A stretch of DNA of 64,000 nucleotides from Thermodesulfobacteriota bacterium (GCA_040757775.1 JBFLWQ010000007.1:1728-65727); one strand, 5' to 3'. Counted from the stretch's first letter, positions 34,524 through 44,195 are shown. A program made the numbers and translations. The notes: generated from the sequence alone by a model not told the origin.

Positions 34524-35708
34524 ATGAGAAAACCTGAGATTGACCGTATACTGGACACCATGTTACAAACCCATGGCAATGTCTCTGATTTAAATTTTAC
34601 TCCAGACAAACCCCTTCAGGTGGAATCATCCGGACAACTGGTTCCTGTTCCAATGAATCCACCCATAGATAAACTGACTCCCTTTCAAACAGAGATATTC
34701 GCCCTAAATCTCATTAACCAGGACCGACGTCTTCTCCATACCCTATTAAAAGAGGGGTCCTGTGACTCGTCCTATTATTTAGCAGGAAAAGCCAGATTCC
34801 GGGTAAATATATTTTCCCAGAGAGCCTCCTACTCAATAGTAATGAGAAAACTGGAGACTAAAATCCCTACTATACAAGGGCTGGGTGTTCCAGAAATCTT
34901 TTCCAAGATAGCCCAGGAGAAAAACGGTCTCATCCTCGTGACAGGTGCAACAGGCAGCGGAAAGACTACCTCTCTGGCTGCTATGCTTAACAACATGAAT
35001 GAATCGAAATCTATCCACATAATTACCCTGGAGGACCCCGTGGAATTTGTACATCCCCACAAACAGGCTACCTTTAACCAGAGGGAGTTGGGCGGCGACT
35101 TTGATTCATTTGCCAGTGGCCTGAGGGCAGCCCTTCGTCAGGCGCCCAAAGTCATTCTGGTTGGTGAAATGAGGGACAGAGAAACGGTAGAAATAGGGTT
35201 AAGTGCAGCGGAAACAGGACATCTGGTTATGAGTACTCTTCATACGGTAGATGCCGGGCAGACAATCAACAGGATTATCGGTATGTTCGAACAGGAAGAG
35301 GAAAAACAGACCAGGATCCGTCTGGCAGATACTATAAGATGGATAGTATGCCAGAGGCTCTTACCCAAAGTTGGTGGCGGTAGAGTAGCCGTATTCGAGA
35401 TTATGGGCACGAATCTCAGGGTCAAGGAGTCTATTTTGAATGGAGAGTCGGAAGGGAAAACCTTCTATGATATAATTTCAGATGGTGATGCTTATGGTAT
35501 GCAGACCTTTGACGCAGATATTATCAAAAAATACGAGGCAGGTCTGATCACGGAGGAAACAGCCATGGCATACGCTTCGAAAAAGGCAATAGTCGGGAGA
35601 GGAATGGACATGATAAAGAGTGCAAAAGGGGAGAAGACTACCGACATCGAAGGGTTAGATATAGATGAAGACTATGGCAAAGAAGACCCTTATAGGAAAA
35701 AACACTAA
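34524..35708 (+). CDS. pilU: PilT/PilU-family type IV pilus ATPase paralogue with C-terminal extension
   Basis: GATGSGKTT Walker A; second tandem PilT-like gene. ATG at 34524 preferred over the track's upstream start. Confidence 0.8.
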   Translation: MRKPEIDRILDTMLQTHGNVSDLNFTPDKPLQVESSGQLVPVPMNPPIDKLTPFQTEIFALNLINQDRRLLHTLLKEGSCDSSYYLAGKARFRVNIFSQRASYSIVMRKLETKIPTIQGLGVPEIFSKIAQEKNGLILVTGATGSGKTTSLAAMLNNMNESKSIHIITLEDPVEFVHPHKQATFNQRELGGDFDSFASGLRAALRQAPKVILVGEMRDRETVEIGLSAAETGHLVMSTLHTVDAGQTINRIIGMFEQEEEKQTRIRLADTIRWIVCQRLLPKVGGGRVAVFEIMGTNLRVKESILNGESEGKTFYDIISDGDAYGMQTFDADIIKKYEAGLITEETAMAYASKKAIVGRGMDMIKSAKGEKTTDIEGLDIDEDYGKEDPYRKKH

Positions 35709-35719
35709 GGAGGGAATAA

Positions 35720-36325
35720 ATGGAGATTTTCTGTGAAACGTGCAAAACTAAGTTAAAGATTCCGGATGAAAAGTTACCTAAAGATAAGTTAGTAAACATC
35801 CCATGTCCTAAATGTAATGGCAATATCTCCGTTGACACCAGAGCACTACCAGAGGAGACTTCCGATGAAACGGCGGTTGAATTCCATGAAGAGGGTGAAA
35901 AAATGGCTTTAATCTGTGATGATAATCAATCTAACCAAGAAATACTGATATCTGCATTGAAAGAGCTGGGATACAGGGCGAGTGTGGGAAAAGATCCTAA
36001 AGATGTGCTGGAGAAGATGAGGTTTACCCATTATGATGTCATAGTTCTCGATGAAGAGTTCGGTGGAGGGACACCGTCTGAGAACCCTGTCTTAAGTCAT
36101 ATCCAGCCCATGCCTATAGTTACCAGAAGAAATACCTTTTTTGCACTAATTGGGAAACAATACACCACCCTTAATAATATGATGGCATTTTCAAAGAGTG
36201 CAAACCTGGTTATCAACCAGAAAGATTTGCCTCAAATAAAGAATATACTCAGAAAATCTATTTCCGATAACGATAAATTTTACAAGGTCTTTAAGGAAAC
36301 ACTGAGGGCTTTAGGAAAAGGATAG
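35720..36325 (+). CDS. MJ0042-type zinc-ribbon protein fused to a receiver (REC)-like domain
   Basis: N-terminal CETCKTKLKIP...CPKCNG zinc ribbon. Then ALICDDNQ...YDVIVLDEEF...ALIGK, resembling a CheY-like receiver. Confidence 0.5.
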   Translation: MEIFCETCKTKLKIPDEKLPKDKLVNIPCPKCNGNISVDTRALPEETSDETAVEFHEEGEKMALICDDNQSNQEILISALKELGYRASVGKDPKDVLEKMRFTHYDVIVLDEEFGGGTPSENPVLSHIQPMPIVTRRNTFFALIGKQYTTLNNMMAFSKSANLVINQKDLPQIKNILRKSISDNDKFYKVFKETLRALGKG

Positions 36326-36353
36326 AAGTTTAGCATAAGGAGAGGAGAATAGG

Positions 36354-37784
36354 ATGCCAGAGCAGGACGAAAAACCTGAGATTAAAGAGATAAAAGAAAA
36401 ACTGGTGCTGAAGAGGGACATTGTCTGGGACAGACTGGATAGCAAAGAAAAAGAGGATGTATTTCTCTTCTCAGAAGGATATAAAAAATTTCTTGATAGT
36501 GCCAAGACAGAACGGCAGGCGGTTAAGGAGATCGTCAAATTTGCAGAAGAAAAGGGGTTTAAAAGTGTTGGAAAACCTCCAGGAAAGGCAAAAAAGATCT
36601 ATAGTGTGTTCCAGAACAAAACCGTAGCAATGAGTATTCTGGGAAAAAAACCGATAGAAAAGGGCATAAGGATAATTGCTTCCCACATAGATTCGCCTCG
36701 CCTGGATTTAAAGCAAAATCCCCTGTATGAAGATGTTGATCTTGCCCTTCTTAAAACCCATTATTATGGGGGAATAAAAAAATATCAGTGGGTCTCACGC
36801 CCATTGTCCTTGCATGGTAAGATAATCAAAAAAGATGGGAGCGAGATGGATTTAAGCCTGGGAGAAAAAGAGACTGAACCGATATTTACCATAGTTGACC
36901 TAGCTCCCCACCTTGCCCATAAGGCTCAATACGAAAAGAAACTGGAAGATGCAGTTATTGGTGAAAAACTAAATATACTTGCTGGAAGCATACCCTTCCC
37001 TGATAAGGATACCAAGGACAGGATAAAGCTCCAGGTTCTTAAATACCTCAATGATAATTTTGGCTTAATCGAAGAGGATTTCATCAGCGCTGAACTGGAA
37101 CTGGTACCATCTGAAAAGGCAAGGGACATAGGATGGGATAGGAGCCTTATAGGTTCTTACGGGCAGGATGACAGGTCATGCGCATATACCAGCATGCGGG
37201 CAATAGGAGACATAAATAACCCAAAAGAGACTGTTTTAGTCCTGTTCCTTGATAAGGAAGAGATAGGCAGCGAGGGAAATACAGGGGCGAAATCCAGATT
37301 TTTAGAGGCTGTAGTTTCCGACCTTTTATCCTCTGGAGGCGTAAAGCCGGATGAGGGGGCAATAAGAAAGACCCTGATGAATTCCAGGGCTATTTCAGCC
37401 GACGTTAATGGCGCACTTGATCCGGATTATCAGGATGTTCATGAAAAAAGGAACGCCGCAAAACTGGGGTATGGAATCTGTATTACAAAGTTTACTGGGT
37501 CCAGAGGAAAATCCGGTTCCAGTGATGCCAGCGCAGAATATGTAGGATGGCTCAGGCAGGCATTTAACCGTAACAATATTATCTGGCAGACCGGCGAACT
37601 GGGTAAGGTGGACGAGGGTGGCGGGGGAACTATAGCCAAATATCTTGCAAGCTACGGAATGGATATAGTGGACTGCGGAGTAGCTTTGCTAGGCATGCAT
37701 TCGCCCTTTGAGGTATCCAGCAAAGCTGATATTTATATGACCTATAAGGGATACAGAGTATTCCTTAGTGAAAATAGGGGGTAA
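36354..37784 (+). CDS. M18-family aminopeptidase
   Basis: IASHIDSPRLDLK (HxDSP motif), 476 aa, C-terminal GMHSPFEV. Confidence 0.8.
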   Translation: MPEQDEKPEIKEIKEKLVLKRDIVWDRLDSKEKEDVFLFSEGYKKFLDSAKTERQAVKEIVKFAEEKGFKSVGKPPGKAKKIYSVFQNKTVAMSILGKKPIEKGIRIIASHIDSPRLDLKQNPLYEDVDLALLKTHYYGGIKKYQWVSRPLSLHGKIIKKDGSEMDLSLGEKETEPIFTIVDLAPHLAHKAQYEKKLEDAVIGEKLNILAGSIPFPDKDTKDRIKLQVLKYLNDNFGLIEEDFISAELELVPSEKARDIGWDRSLIGSYGQDDRSCAYTSMRAIGDINNPKETVLVLFLDKEEIGSEGNTGAKSRFLEAVVSDLLSSGGVKPDEGAIRKTLMNSRAISADVNGALDPDYQDVHEKRNAAKLGYGICITKFTGSRGKSGSSDASAEYVGWLRQAFNRNNIIWQTGELGKVDEGGGGTIAKYLASYGMDIVDCGVALLGMHSPFEVSSKADIYMTYKGYRVFLSENRG

Positions 37785-37788
37785 CAGT

Positions 37789-37992
37789 ATGGAATGTCAT
37801 AATACAGCGGCTAATCTGGAGCGCTGTAATTGTACCTACGAGCCCTGCGATAACAAAGGGAGGTGTTGTGAGTGTTTAGCATACCACTGGAAGATGAAAC
37901 AATTACCGGCTTGCCTTTTTCCTCCTGAAGTTGAAAAGACATACGATCGTTCTCTCAGGCGGTTTATTAATATCTATAAAGACAAGATATGA
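37789..37992 (+). CDS. Small Cys-rich protein (DUF6485-like)
   Basis: MECHNTAANLERCNCTYEPCDNKGRCCECLAYHW... A GGGG RBS precedes the ATG at 37789. Confidence 0.5.
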   Translation: MECHNTAANLERCNCTYEPCDNKGRCCECLAYHWKMKQLPACLFPPEVEKTYDRSLRRFINIYKDKI

Positions 37993-38119
37993 AGGGGAAG
38001 ATTAAAATCCTCGACGACTTCAAAAAAAAACAGCTACCGATTTTTTCTGTTAACCATTGATACCATAACTATTTCGAGATACATATTTATTATAATGCCA
38101 TAGGAGGAGGGTGGTGTAT

Positions 38120-38269
38120 ATGCCTTTAAGCTTAAGAATACCACCGAAAAAAGAAGAGATGATTACAAAAGCTGCCATAAAAGCGGGTAAGACAAAATCG
38201 GCATATATCCTAGATGCAGTGGATGAAAAACCCCACACTATTCTTATCATTACAAAAAAAGGGGGCTAA
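38120..38269 (+). CDS. Ribbon-helix-helix (CopG/DUF6290-like) antitoxin, probably C-terminally altered
   Basis: Strong RBS TAGGAGGAGGGTG. MPLSLRIPPKKEEMITKAAIKAGKTKSAYILDAV resembles RHH antitoxins. Not in the ORF track (<60 aa). Confidence 0.5.
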   Translation: MPLSLRIPPKKEEMITKAAIKAGKTKSAYILDAVDEKPHTILIITKKGG

Positions 38270-38387
38270 AATACCGATCAATGATGTATGGATTGCGGCA
38301 TCCTGCATGGAAGTAGGGGGAACGCTCCTTACAAGAGACAGACATTTCGAGGTTGTAGAACAAATAGCGACGGTTATCCTGGGATAG
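38223..38387 (+). pseudogene. Remnant of a PIN-domain VapC toxin gene (only the C-terminal ~38 residues remain)
   Basis: Frame encodes ...IPINDVWIAASCMEVGGTLLTRDRHFEVVEQIATVILG*, a typical VapC C-terminus with the last acidic residue. No upstream PIN core. Confidence 0.5.
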
Positions 38388-38496
38388 GAGGATGTTCCTC
38401 TATCCTGTATAAACAACCATCAGTTAAGGATAGGCCAAGGTATAGGAATTTTATCAGAGAATAAGGGTTTACTGAAAAACAAAGGGAAATACAAAG

Positions 38497-38694
38497 ATGA
38501 TCAGACTCCTGACGGAAGAAATAATTCTAAATCTGATAGAAGATGTTTATGCTTCATCAGAATCGGAGGAAATGAAGCAGGCTCAACTGGCAGTTTTGCA
38601 TCATTGTTTAGATTGCCTCGAAAAAGGAGAGATGTTAACCATTGATTCCGAAGAGAGAATAAAACTTCATGAAACAGGGCTGAGACTCCATTGA
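38497..38694 (+). CDS. Hypothetical small acidic protein
   Basis: 65-aa ORF whose stop abuts the TTG start candidate of the HNH gene. Confidence 0.3.
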   Translation: MIRLLTEEIILNLIEDVYASSESEEMKQAQLAVLHHCLDCLEKGEMLTIDSEERIKLHETGLRLH

Positions 38695-39495
38695 TTGCAT
38701 CCAAGGAATTTTGGGACAGTGACATGGATTCTCAGAAATAAAGATTATACTGTTATAGGATATTGTATGACAAGCAAAAGGAATAAGGATCAAGATAGGG
38801 AAGAGACCCAGAAGTTAATCCTTAATCCAAACCGTTCTGAATACTCTGGAGGTTCGAACTGGCTTGGGCATGGAAAAAACGATGGTGAATGCGCTGTTAT
38901 TGATTATAGGTTGTTAGATGGTGCCACTATGAATGAATTGAAAAATCTACGTGGTGCAATATATGAGCATTTGTCCCATTTGAAAAGAGAACACGGATTG
39001 CCATATGAAAAAGTTGTTGATAAGTACCGATTCAAACGAGATATTCTAATAGGGCCGCAGGATGCTCTTACTGATCTGGAAGAACACAAATCAGAGTATG
39101 AGAATGCCACAGAAAAAGAAGCAATAATACAGGCAAGGATAGGACAGGGCAAGTTCAGGGAAAATCTACTAAAGCGGTGGCAGTCCTGTTCAGTCACAGG
39201 CTGCCAAGAAGTTAAGGTGCTTCGAGCATCGCATATTAAACCTTGGCGCGACTGCACCAATGAGGAAAGGTTAGATATAGATAACGGGCTTCTACTAGCA
39301 CCCAATATAGACGCGCTTTTTGATGTTGGATTGATCAGCTTTGACGATAAAGGTTCTATTTTGTTTTCCCCGAGATTAACTGCCGAGGACAAGAAACGTC
39401 TCTCTGTTAACCATGGCTTGCGACTCAAGAAGGTATATCCTGGCAGTATCAAGTATCTGGCAGAGCATAGGAAACTGCATCAATATCCCCCTTAA
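38695..39495 (+). CDS. HNH endonuclease (HNH_2-type) with unknown N-terminal domain
   Basis: C-terminal ...RIGQGKFRENLLKRWQSCSVTGCQEVKVLRASHIKPWRDCTNEERLDIDNGLLLAPNIDALFDVGLISFDD is the HNH_2 motif. Alternative in-frame ATG at 38767. Confidence 0.7.
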   Translation: MHPRNFGTVTWILRNKDYTVIGYCMTSKRNKDQDREETQKLILNPNRSEYSGGSNWLGHGKNDGECAVIDYRLLDGATMNELKNLRGAIYEHLSHLKREHGLPYEKVVDKYRFKRDILIGPQDALTDLEEHKSEYENATEKEAIIQARIGQGKFRENLLKRWQSCSVTGCQEVKVLRASHIKPWRDCTNEERLDIDNGLLLAPNIDALFDVGLISFDDKGSILFSPRLTAEDKKRLSVNHGLRLKKVYPGSIKYLAEHRKLHQYPP

Positions 39496-39657
39496 GCCTC
39501 TTGAACTAGAAGGTTTGCAGCCTTCAGCCATTGGTAAGAGCCTACATTATGGAATTCGGGAAGTATAAAAGATCAATCGAGAAGAGAATCATTCGCAAAG
39601 AATCTCCCTATCTGGTGCAGACATAATGAGGGATGAAAATAATGAGGATGAAAAAAG

Positions 39658-41499
39658 ATGAATGAGAGCAGAAGGAATGCAGCACCCCCTTGGCCGACCG
39701 ATAATAACTGGGAGAGTATCGTTAAAAATCATAACAAAGTGGTAGATGCCAGCGTATACTCCACCAATGCCGAGACTCGGAATGGGTCAGAGAGCATTAC
39801 TTTGGTTATGGTCTGTGCAGTGGCTGGGATGCCCATCCCTATCAATTACCGACTGGACACCGAGAGAGCCAAAAAGGTAGCTGATCACCCAAACTGGGTT
39901 AAAAAGCGCTTGGCAGCATATCGCACGGGAGTTGACAGCAAGGTAGTAAGAGCCATTAAAGACTTTGCGGATATATTAAATGTAGATTTCCAAACCGTCA
40001 TTGACGGCTTGGACAAAGCATTGGAGTTAGGAAGAGTTGCAGGTAATATTGATAAACCTACTGAAGAAACTCGAAAAATAAACAACTTTTCAAATAAATA
40101 CATCCCAAATTTTAACGATTTTAAATTAGCATATAGAACTATTGCAAAACTTGGTCAAGAAGTTTCCCTTGATGCTGTTCTGGATCAAATCGAAATCAGC
40201 ATCAAAGAAACTACTCACATTTTAAAAGAAAATTGGCGTATTATCACGGAAGAAAATATAAAAAAAATATGGTCTGCAGAATCGAGGAGTGAAAAAAAAA
40301 TGACAGATATGCAAGTGGATTGGGCAAAACGAACCGTGAAAATGTGGGGTAGCATGGAAAATCTTTATGACTATTACGAAGCCCAAGGCTATTTCTTCTC
40401 CAGGGAAATACTAACCCGCTACTTTCTTTCTCTGAAAATCAAACCCTTTGTCATCCTTACTGGCATTTCCGGAACAGGGAAGACGAAGATCGCCCAGATT
40501 TTTGCGGAATACCTGTGCCAGGACGAGACGCCGGAGGAACGAGAAAAGCGTATCGCTTTTGTTCCAGTACGACCCGATTGGATGGATAACAAAGGGCTGC
40601 TTGGCTATTACAATCTCCTGGCTGAAGAATACCACGACACACCGGTCCTGCGCCTTCTACTCGAGGCGAAAGAGCATCCTGACAAACCTTATTTTATCAT
40701 CCTCGATGAGATGAACCTGGCAAAGGTGGAACAGTATTTTTCCGATTTTCTAAGTATCATGGAGAGCCGCACTTCCGATAAACCTCAGGGGGAGGCGATT
40801 CATCTTCATTCCATAAAGGAGGCTAAGACGCAAGATGGATATCCAATTCCATCGAAGTTTCATATCCCACCTAATGTTTATTTTACGGGAACCGTCAATG
40901 TCGATGAATCCACCTATATGTTCAGCCCGAAGGTCCTGGACCGGGCGAATGTGATTGAATTCAACGAAGTTGATCTGGAAAATTATGAAAAAGGAATCAT
41001 TGCATCGGACCGGTTTGCACTGAAGGAACAAGATGTACGGCAAAGGCTGCTTCCTGTTGCAAGCGAAACGCCATTCTGTTCCAAGACCGATTACATGGGC
41101 ATCCTGAAAACGGCGCCCGAGACCAAAGATCATCTTTTGAAAATATCGGGTATTCTCCATCCCGACAACCTCCATTTCGGTTACCGTGTCGTCAACGAGA
41201 TCAGCCGCTATATCCGTACTGCCTCTGAAATGGTGCAGGATTTCAATCTTGAAGAAGCCTTGGATATCCAGATCCTCCAGAAGATCCTTCCAAAATTCCA
41301 CGGCACCCAGGCAAAGCTGGAAGAGCCGCTATGGAAGTTCCTTGCCATTTGCCAGGGCAAGGGGAGCGTACCCGATGAATTCTATCTGGAGAAAGCGGCA
41401 GCGTATGATGAAGGTGCATCTTTTCCCCGATCTGCCAAAAAACTGGCGCGAATGATTCAGAATCTGAAAGTCCAGGGTTACACAAGCTTTATTGAGTGA
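39658..41499 (+). CDS. mcrB: McrB-family AAA+ GTPase with non-canonical ~250-aa N-terminal domain
   Basis: VILTGISGTGKTKIAQIFAEYL and FIILDEMNLAKVEQYFSDFLSIME are McrB GTPase motifs. The AT-rich 5' third differs from the GC-rich remainder. Overlaps mcrC by 8 nt. Confidence 0.8.
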   Translation: MNESRRNAAPPWPTDNNWESIVKNHNKVVDASVYSTNAETRNGSESITLVMVCAVAGMPIPINYRLDTERAKKVADHPNWVKKRLAAYRTGVDSKVVRAIKDFADILNVDFQTVIDGLDKALELGRVAGNIDKPTEETRKINNFSNKYIPNFNDFKLAYRTIAKLGQEVSLDAVLDQIEISIKETTHILKENWRIITEENIKKIWSAESRSEKKMTDMQVDWAKRTVKMWGSMENLYDYYEAQGYFFSREILTRYFLSLKIKPFVILTGISGTGKTKIAQIFAEYLCQDETPEEREKRIAFVPVRPDWMDNKGLLGYYNLLAEEYHDTPVLRLLLEAKEHPDKPYFIILDEMNLAKVEQYFSDFLSIMESRTSDKPQGEAIHLHSIKEAKTQDGYPIPSKFHIPPNVYFTGTVNVDESTYMFSPKVLDRANVIEFNEVDLENYEKGIIASDRFALKEQDVRQRLLPVASETPFCSKTDYMGILKTAPETKDHLLKISGILHPDNLHFGYRVVNEISRYIRTASEMVQDFNLEEALDIQILQKILPKFHGTQAKLEEPLWKFLAICQGKGSVPDEFYLEKAAAYDEGASFPRSAKKLARMIQNLKVQGYTSFIE

Positions 41500-43168
41500 T
41501 ATGACTGTTCTTCACTATTCACCCAAAATCCTTATGGCTATTGCCGATGCTCTCGAGTTCCCGTCGTCGGAAGAGGAAGCCTCATCTTTTATCTGTGACG
41601 AGGCTGCACCCCTGACACTTGAGGAATGGAAGACCTATTTTGTTAAGTTTTATGGAGAGCAAGTCCCTGACTTTTTCCCACAATCCGGCGTCTATACCCA
41701 GCGGCCATTTCCCGGGCATCTCTTCGAGATCAATTTTCGCGATTGCGTCGGCCTGACACGCATCGGACCTGTTCCTGTCCGCGTGGAAAGCAGAAAAATC
41801 AGCGAAACAGCTTATGAGGCAATGTTAGACTATATCGCTGAAAAATACGCCAACCTTGTCTTCAGTTTTGCCACACCTCTCGGGCAAAGTTACCGGAAAG
41901 ATAAAGCAGGGCACGATATAGCCTATGTGGAATATCTGTTTCTCAAGAAATATCTGCTGGACGGCTCTCCAAATCTGGATGCCATTGCCGCATTGATCCT
42001 GTCAAATCCCCATCACAGACTTTACAGGGAATTCCGGAATAATTCCATAGACGCAGTTACCCATTTCGATCCTGCAATGCTGGTAAATATGTTCTCTTCC
42101 CCCGAAAGATTCGCCATCCTGAAACATGGGCATCCCCTTCTTGCTACAAGTTGCGGTCGCACCATATTCCACAGGACAGGTCAACGGTTATACCCTACTG
42201 AAGCAATTGAGGAACGAAAACATCACACAGTGGACACCAACGAAAACCGATTCGTAAAGTATTTTCTGGGGTCGGTTCAACATAGACTGGTTAGCTTAAA
42301 AAAGGCAATGAAGGGGACAACAGGCGGTTATCTCAATCCTGATATAGAGGATCATTTAGAACAGATGGAAAGGAAGACCGGTCATTTCCTGGCTGACCCC
42401 ATGTGGCATGATGTGGGCACAATGCATCTCATCCCGGCAAATTCCCAGGTGTTGCAGCGCCGGGAAGGTTATCGTCAGTTGTTTCGTCTGTATTCTCTAA
42501 TGCAGCTTGTCTCTCGTTGTGATTTTGATACTCACGACTTCAGAAATCTTTTAGAAACAAAGGACACGCCAACCCTGTTTGAGTACTGGTCTTTCTTTAT
42601 CGTCAAAGACATCCTCGACAACACAAGAAAACCCCTATCCTGCAAAACGGTGGTATCGGATGCACCTCTGGAACAACGGGTCAATCCGGGAATTTGCATC
42701 CAGTATGAAGGCGGCGTCTCATTATGGTTTAACAGGACCTGTGCCGGGTCTGCCGGTATGCAGCCAAGTGAGAAACTGGATAGACATTATTTTGCCCATG
42801 AGAGTTATTCCCATACATTCCGGCCGGACATTATCGTCTCCAAGGAGGATAGTATCCTCATTCTCGACGCAAAGTATAAAGGCGAGCGGGGCGGATTCTA
42901 CGGCGAAGCCAGTGACGGAACTATTCAATCATGGAAGGATGAGGACATCGACAAGATGCATACCTACAGGGAAGCAATCCAGAATGTCATAGGCGCTTAT
43001 ATTCTCTATCCAGGAGAAAAAGCGATTGTTTACCCAACTCACGATGCGGTAGAAACATATGAAGGTGTCGGGGCTTTGCCATTAAAGCCTGAAGCAGGAG
43101 CACGCCCTGTTGAAAGACATTTAGAGTATATTAAGCGGGTAATTCACGATTTTATAAAAGAAACTTAA
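41492..43168 (+). CDS. mcrC: McrC-like PD-(D/E)xK nuclease subunit (DUF2357-type)
   Basis: ...RPDIIVSKEDSILILDAKYK is a PD-(D/E)xK motif; translationally coupled to the McrB-like gene. Confidence 0.7.
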   Translation: MSDMTVLHYSPKILMAIADALEFPSSEEEASSFICDEAAPLTLEEWKTYFVKFYGEQVPDFFPQSGVYTQRPFPGHLFEINFRDCVGLTRIGPVPVRVESRKISETAYEAMLDYIAEKYANLVFSFATPLGQSYRKDKAGHDIAYVEYLFLKKYLLDGSPNLDAIAALILSNPHHRLYREFRNNSIDAVTHFDPAMLVNMFSSPERFAILKHGHPLLATSCGRTIFHRTGQRLYPTEAIEERKHHTVDTNENRFVKYFLGSVQHRLVSLKKAMKGTTGGYLNPDIEDHLEQMERKTGHFLADPMWHDVGTMHLIPANSQVLQRREGYRQLFRLYSLMQLVSRCDFDTHDFRNLLETKDTPTLFEYWSFFIVKDILDNTRKPLSCKTVVSDAPLEQRVNPGICIQYEGGVSLWFNRTCAGSAGMQPSEKLDRHYFAHESYSHTFRPDIIVSKEDSILILDAKYKGERGGFYGEASDGTIQSWKDEDIDKMHTYREAIQNVIGAYILYPGEKAIVYPTHDAVETYEGVGALPLKPEAGARPVERHLEYIKRVIHDFIKET

Positions 43169-43230
43169 ACTGTTATATCGGTCATTAGGCATTTACAAAT
43201 TGAAATAGACACAGGTAGAAGGAGGATCAC

Positions 43231-43326
43231 ATGGCAATAGTTGAGGTAAGCATTGTCCCCATTGCTGTCTCTAATACCAGCCTTGGTGAATATGTGGCAA
43301 ATGCCTTAAAGGATTTTAGGAAATGA
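43231..43326 (+). pseudogene. Duplicated 5' fragment (31 codons) of the MTH1187/YkoF-family gene
   Basis: MAIVEVSIVPIAVSNTSLGEYVANALK..; ~85% nucleotide identity to the start of 43867..44166. Strong RBS GAAGGAGG. Confidence 0.6.
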
Positions 43327-43841
43327 CCAAAGCAATTAAGAAAGAACCCTATTCAACCCTCATCACCGACCTCGCCTCTCTTATTGAGCAGGGGCGCAAG
43401 GTTGCGGTACAGTACGTAAATACCGCTCTGGTTAGTACTTATTGGCTAATGGGCAGAAGGATTGTAGAGTATGAACAGAAGGGGAAAGAACGAGCGGAAT
43501 ATGGTGAGGCTCTCCTAAAGAAATTGTCTATTGATTTGACTCATCGGTTCGGTAAGGGTTGGGGATTAACTAATTTGAAAACCTTCCGCCAGTTTTACCT
43601 TACCTATTCGGGTGTTATTCAAAAAAGTCATACAGTGTGTGACCAATCGATTTCTGCATTAACCGATGAAAAAAGCCACACAGTGTGTGGCGAATTGCAG
43701 CCAGTTCCCCAGACAGGACATGAAATTTCCGAGACACTGGTTCGGGAATTACCTCTATCTTGGTCTAACTACCGTTTGCTTATTCGTCTTGATGAACCAT
43801 TCAAACGAGAATTCTATGAGGCGGAGTGCATAAGAATTTAG
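43323..43841 (+). pseudogene. N-terminal fragment of a YhcG/DUF1016-family PD-(D/E)xK nuclease gene (nuclease domain missing)
   Basis: MTKAIKKEPYSTLITDLASLIEQGRKVAVQYVNTALVSTYWLMGRRIVEYEQKGKERAEYGEALLKKLSIDLTHRFGKGW...FYEAECIRI matches the DUF1016 N-domain and stops where the nuclease domain should begin. Internal 46-bp tandem duplication around the 15-bp palindrome CCACACAGTGTGTGG. Confidence 0.5.
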
Positions 43842-43866
43842 AAAAGCTGAGGAAAAGGAGAGTCAG

Positions 43867-44166
43867 ATGGCAATAGTTGAGGTAAGTATAGTGCCTATTG
43901 GTGTACCGAATACCAGCCTTAGTGAATATGTGGCAAATGCCCTAAAGGTACTTAAAAATTCTGGACTTAAATACGATTTGACCTCCATGGGCACCATCAT
44001 CGAAGGAGAGCTTGAGAGGATTCTCAGCATAATCAGAGAGATGCACGAAACCCCTTTTAAAAAGGGCGTTATGCGTGTGGTTACAACAGTAAAAATCGAC
44101 GACAGAAGGGATAAACCCGCTACCTCCGAAACAAAGGTGGAATCTGTAGTTAAGAAGATGGGATGA
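43867..44166 (+). CDS. MTH1187/YkoF-family (DUF77) protein
   Basis: 99 aa: MAIVEVSIVPIG...GTIIEGELERILSIIREMHE...RVVTTVKIDDRRDK is typical of the family. Confidence 0.8.
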   Translation: MAIVEVSIVPIGVPNTSLSEYVANALKVLKNSGLKYDLTSMGTIIEGELERILSIIREMHETPFKKGVMRVVTTVKIDDRRDKPATSETKVESVVKKMG

Positions 44167-44195
44167 GCAGGGGAAGAATCAATGAAACCCGCGAG

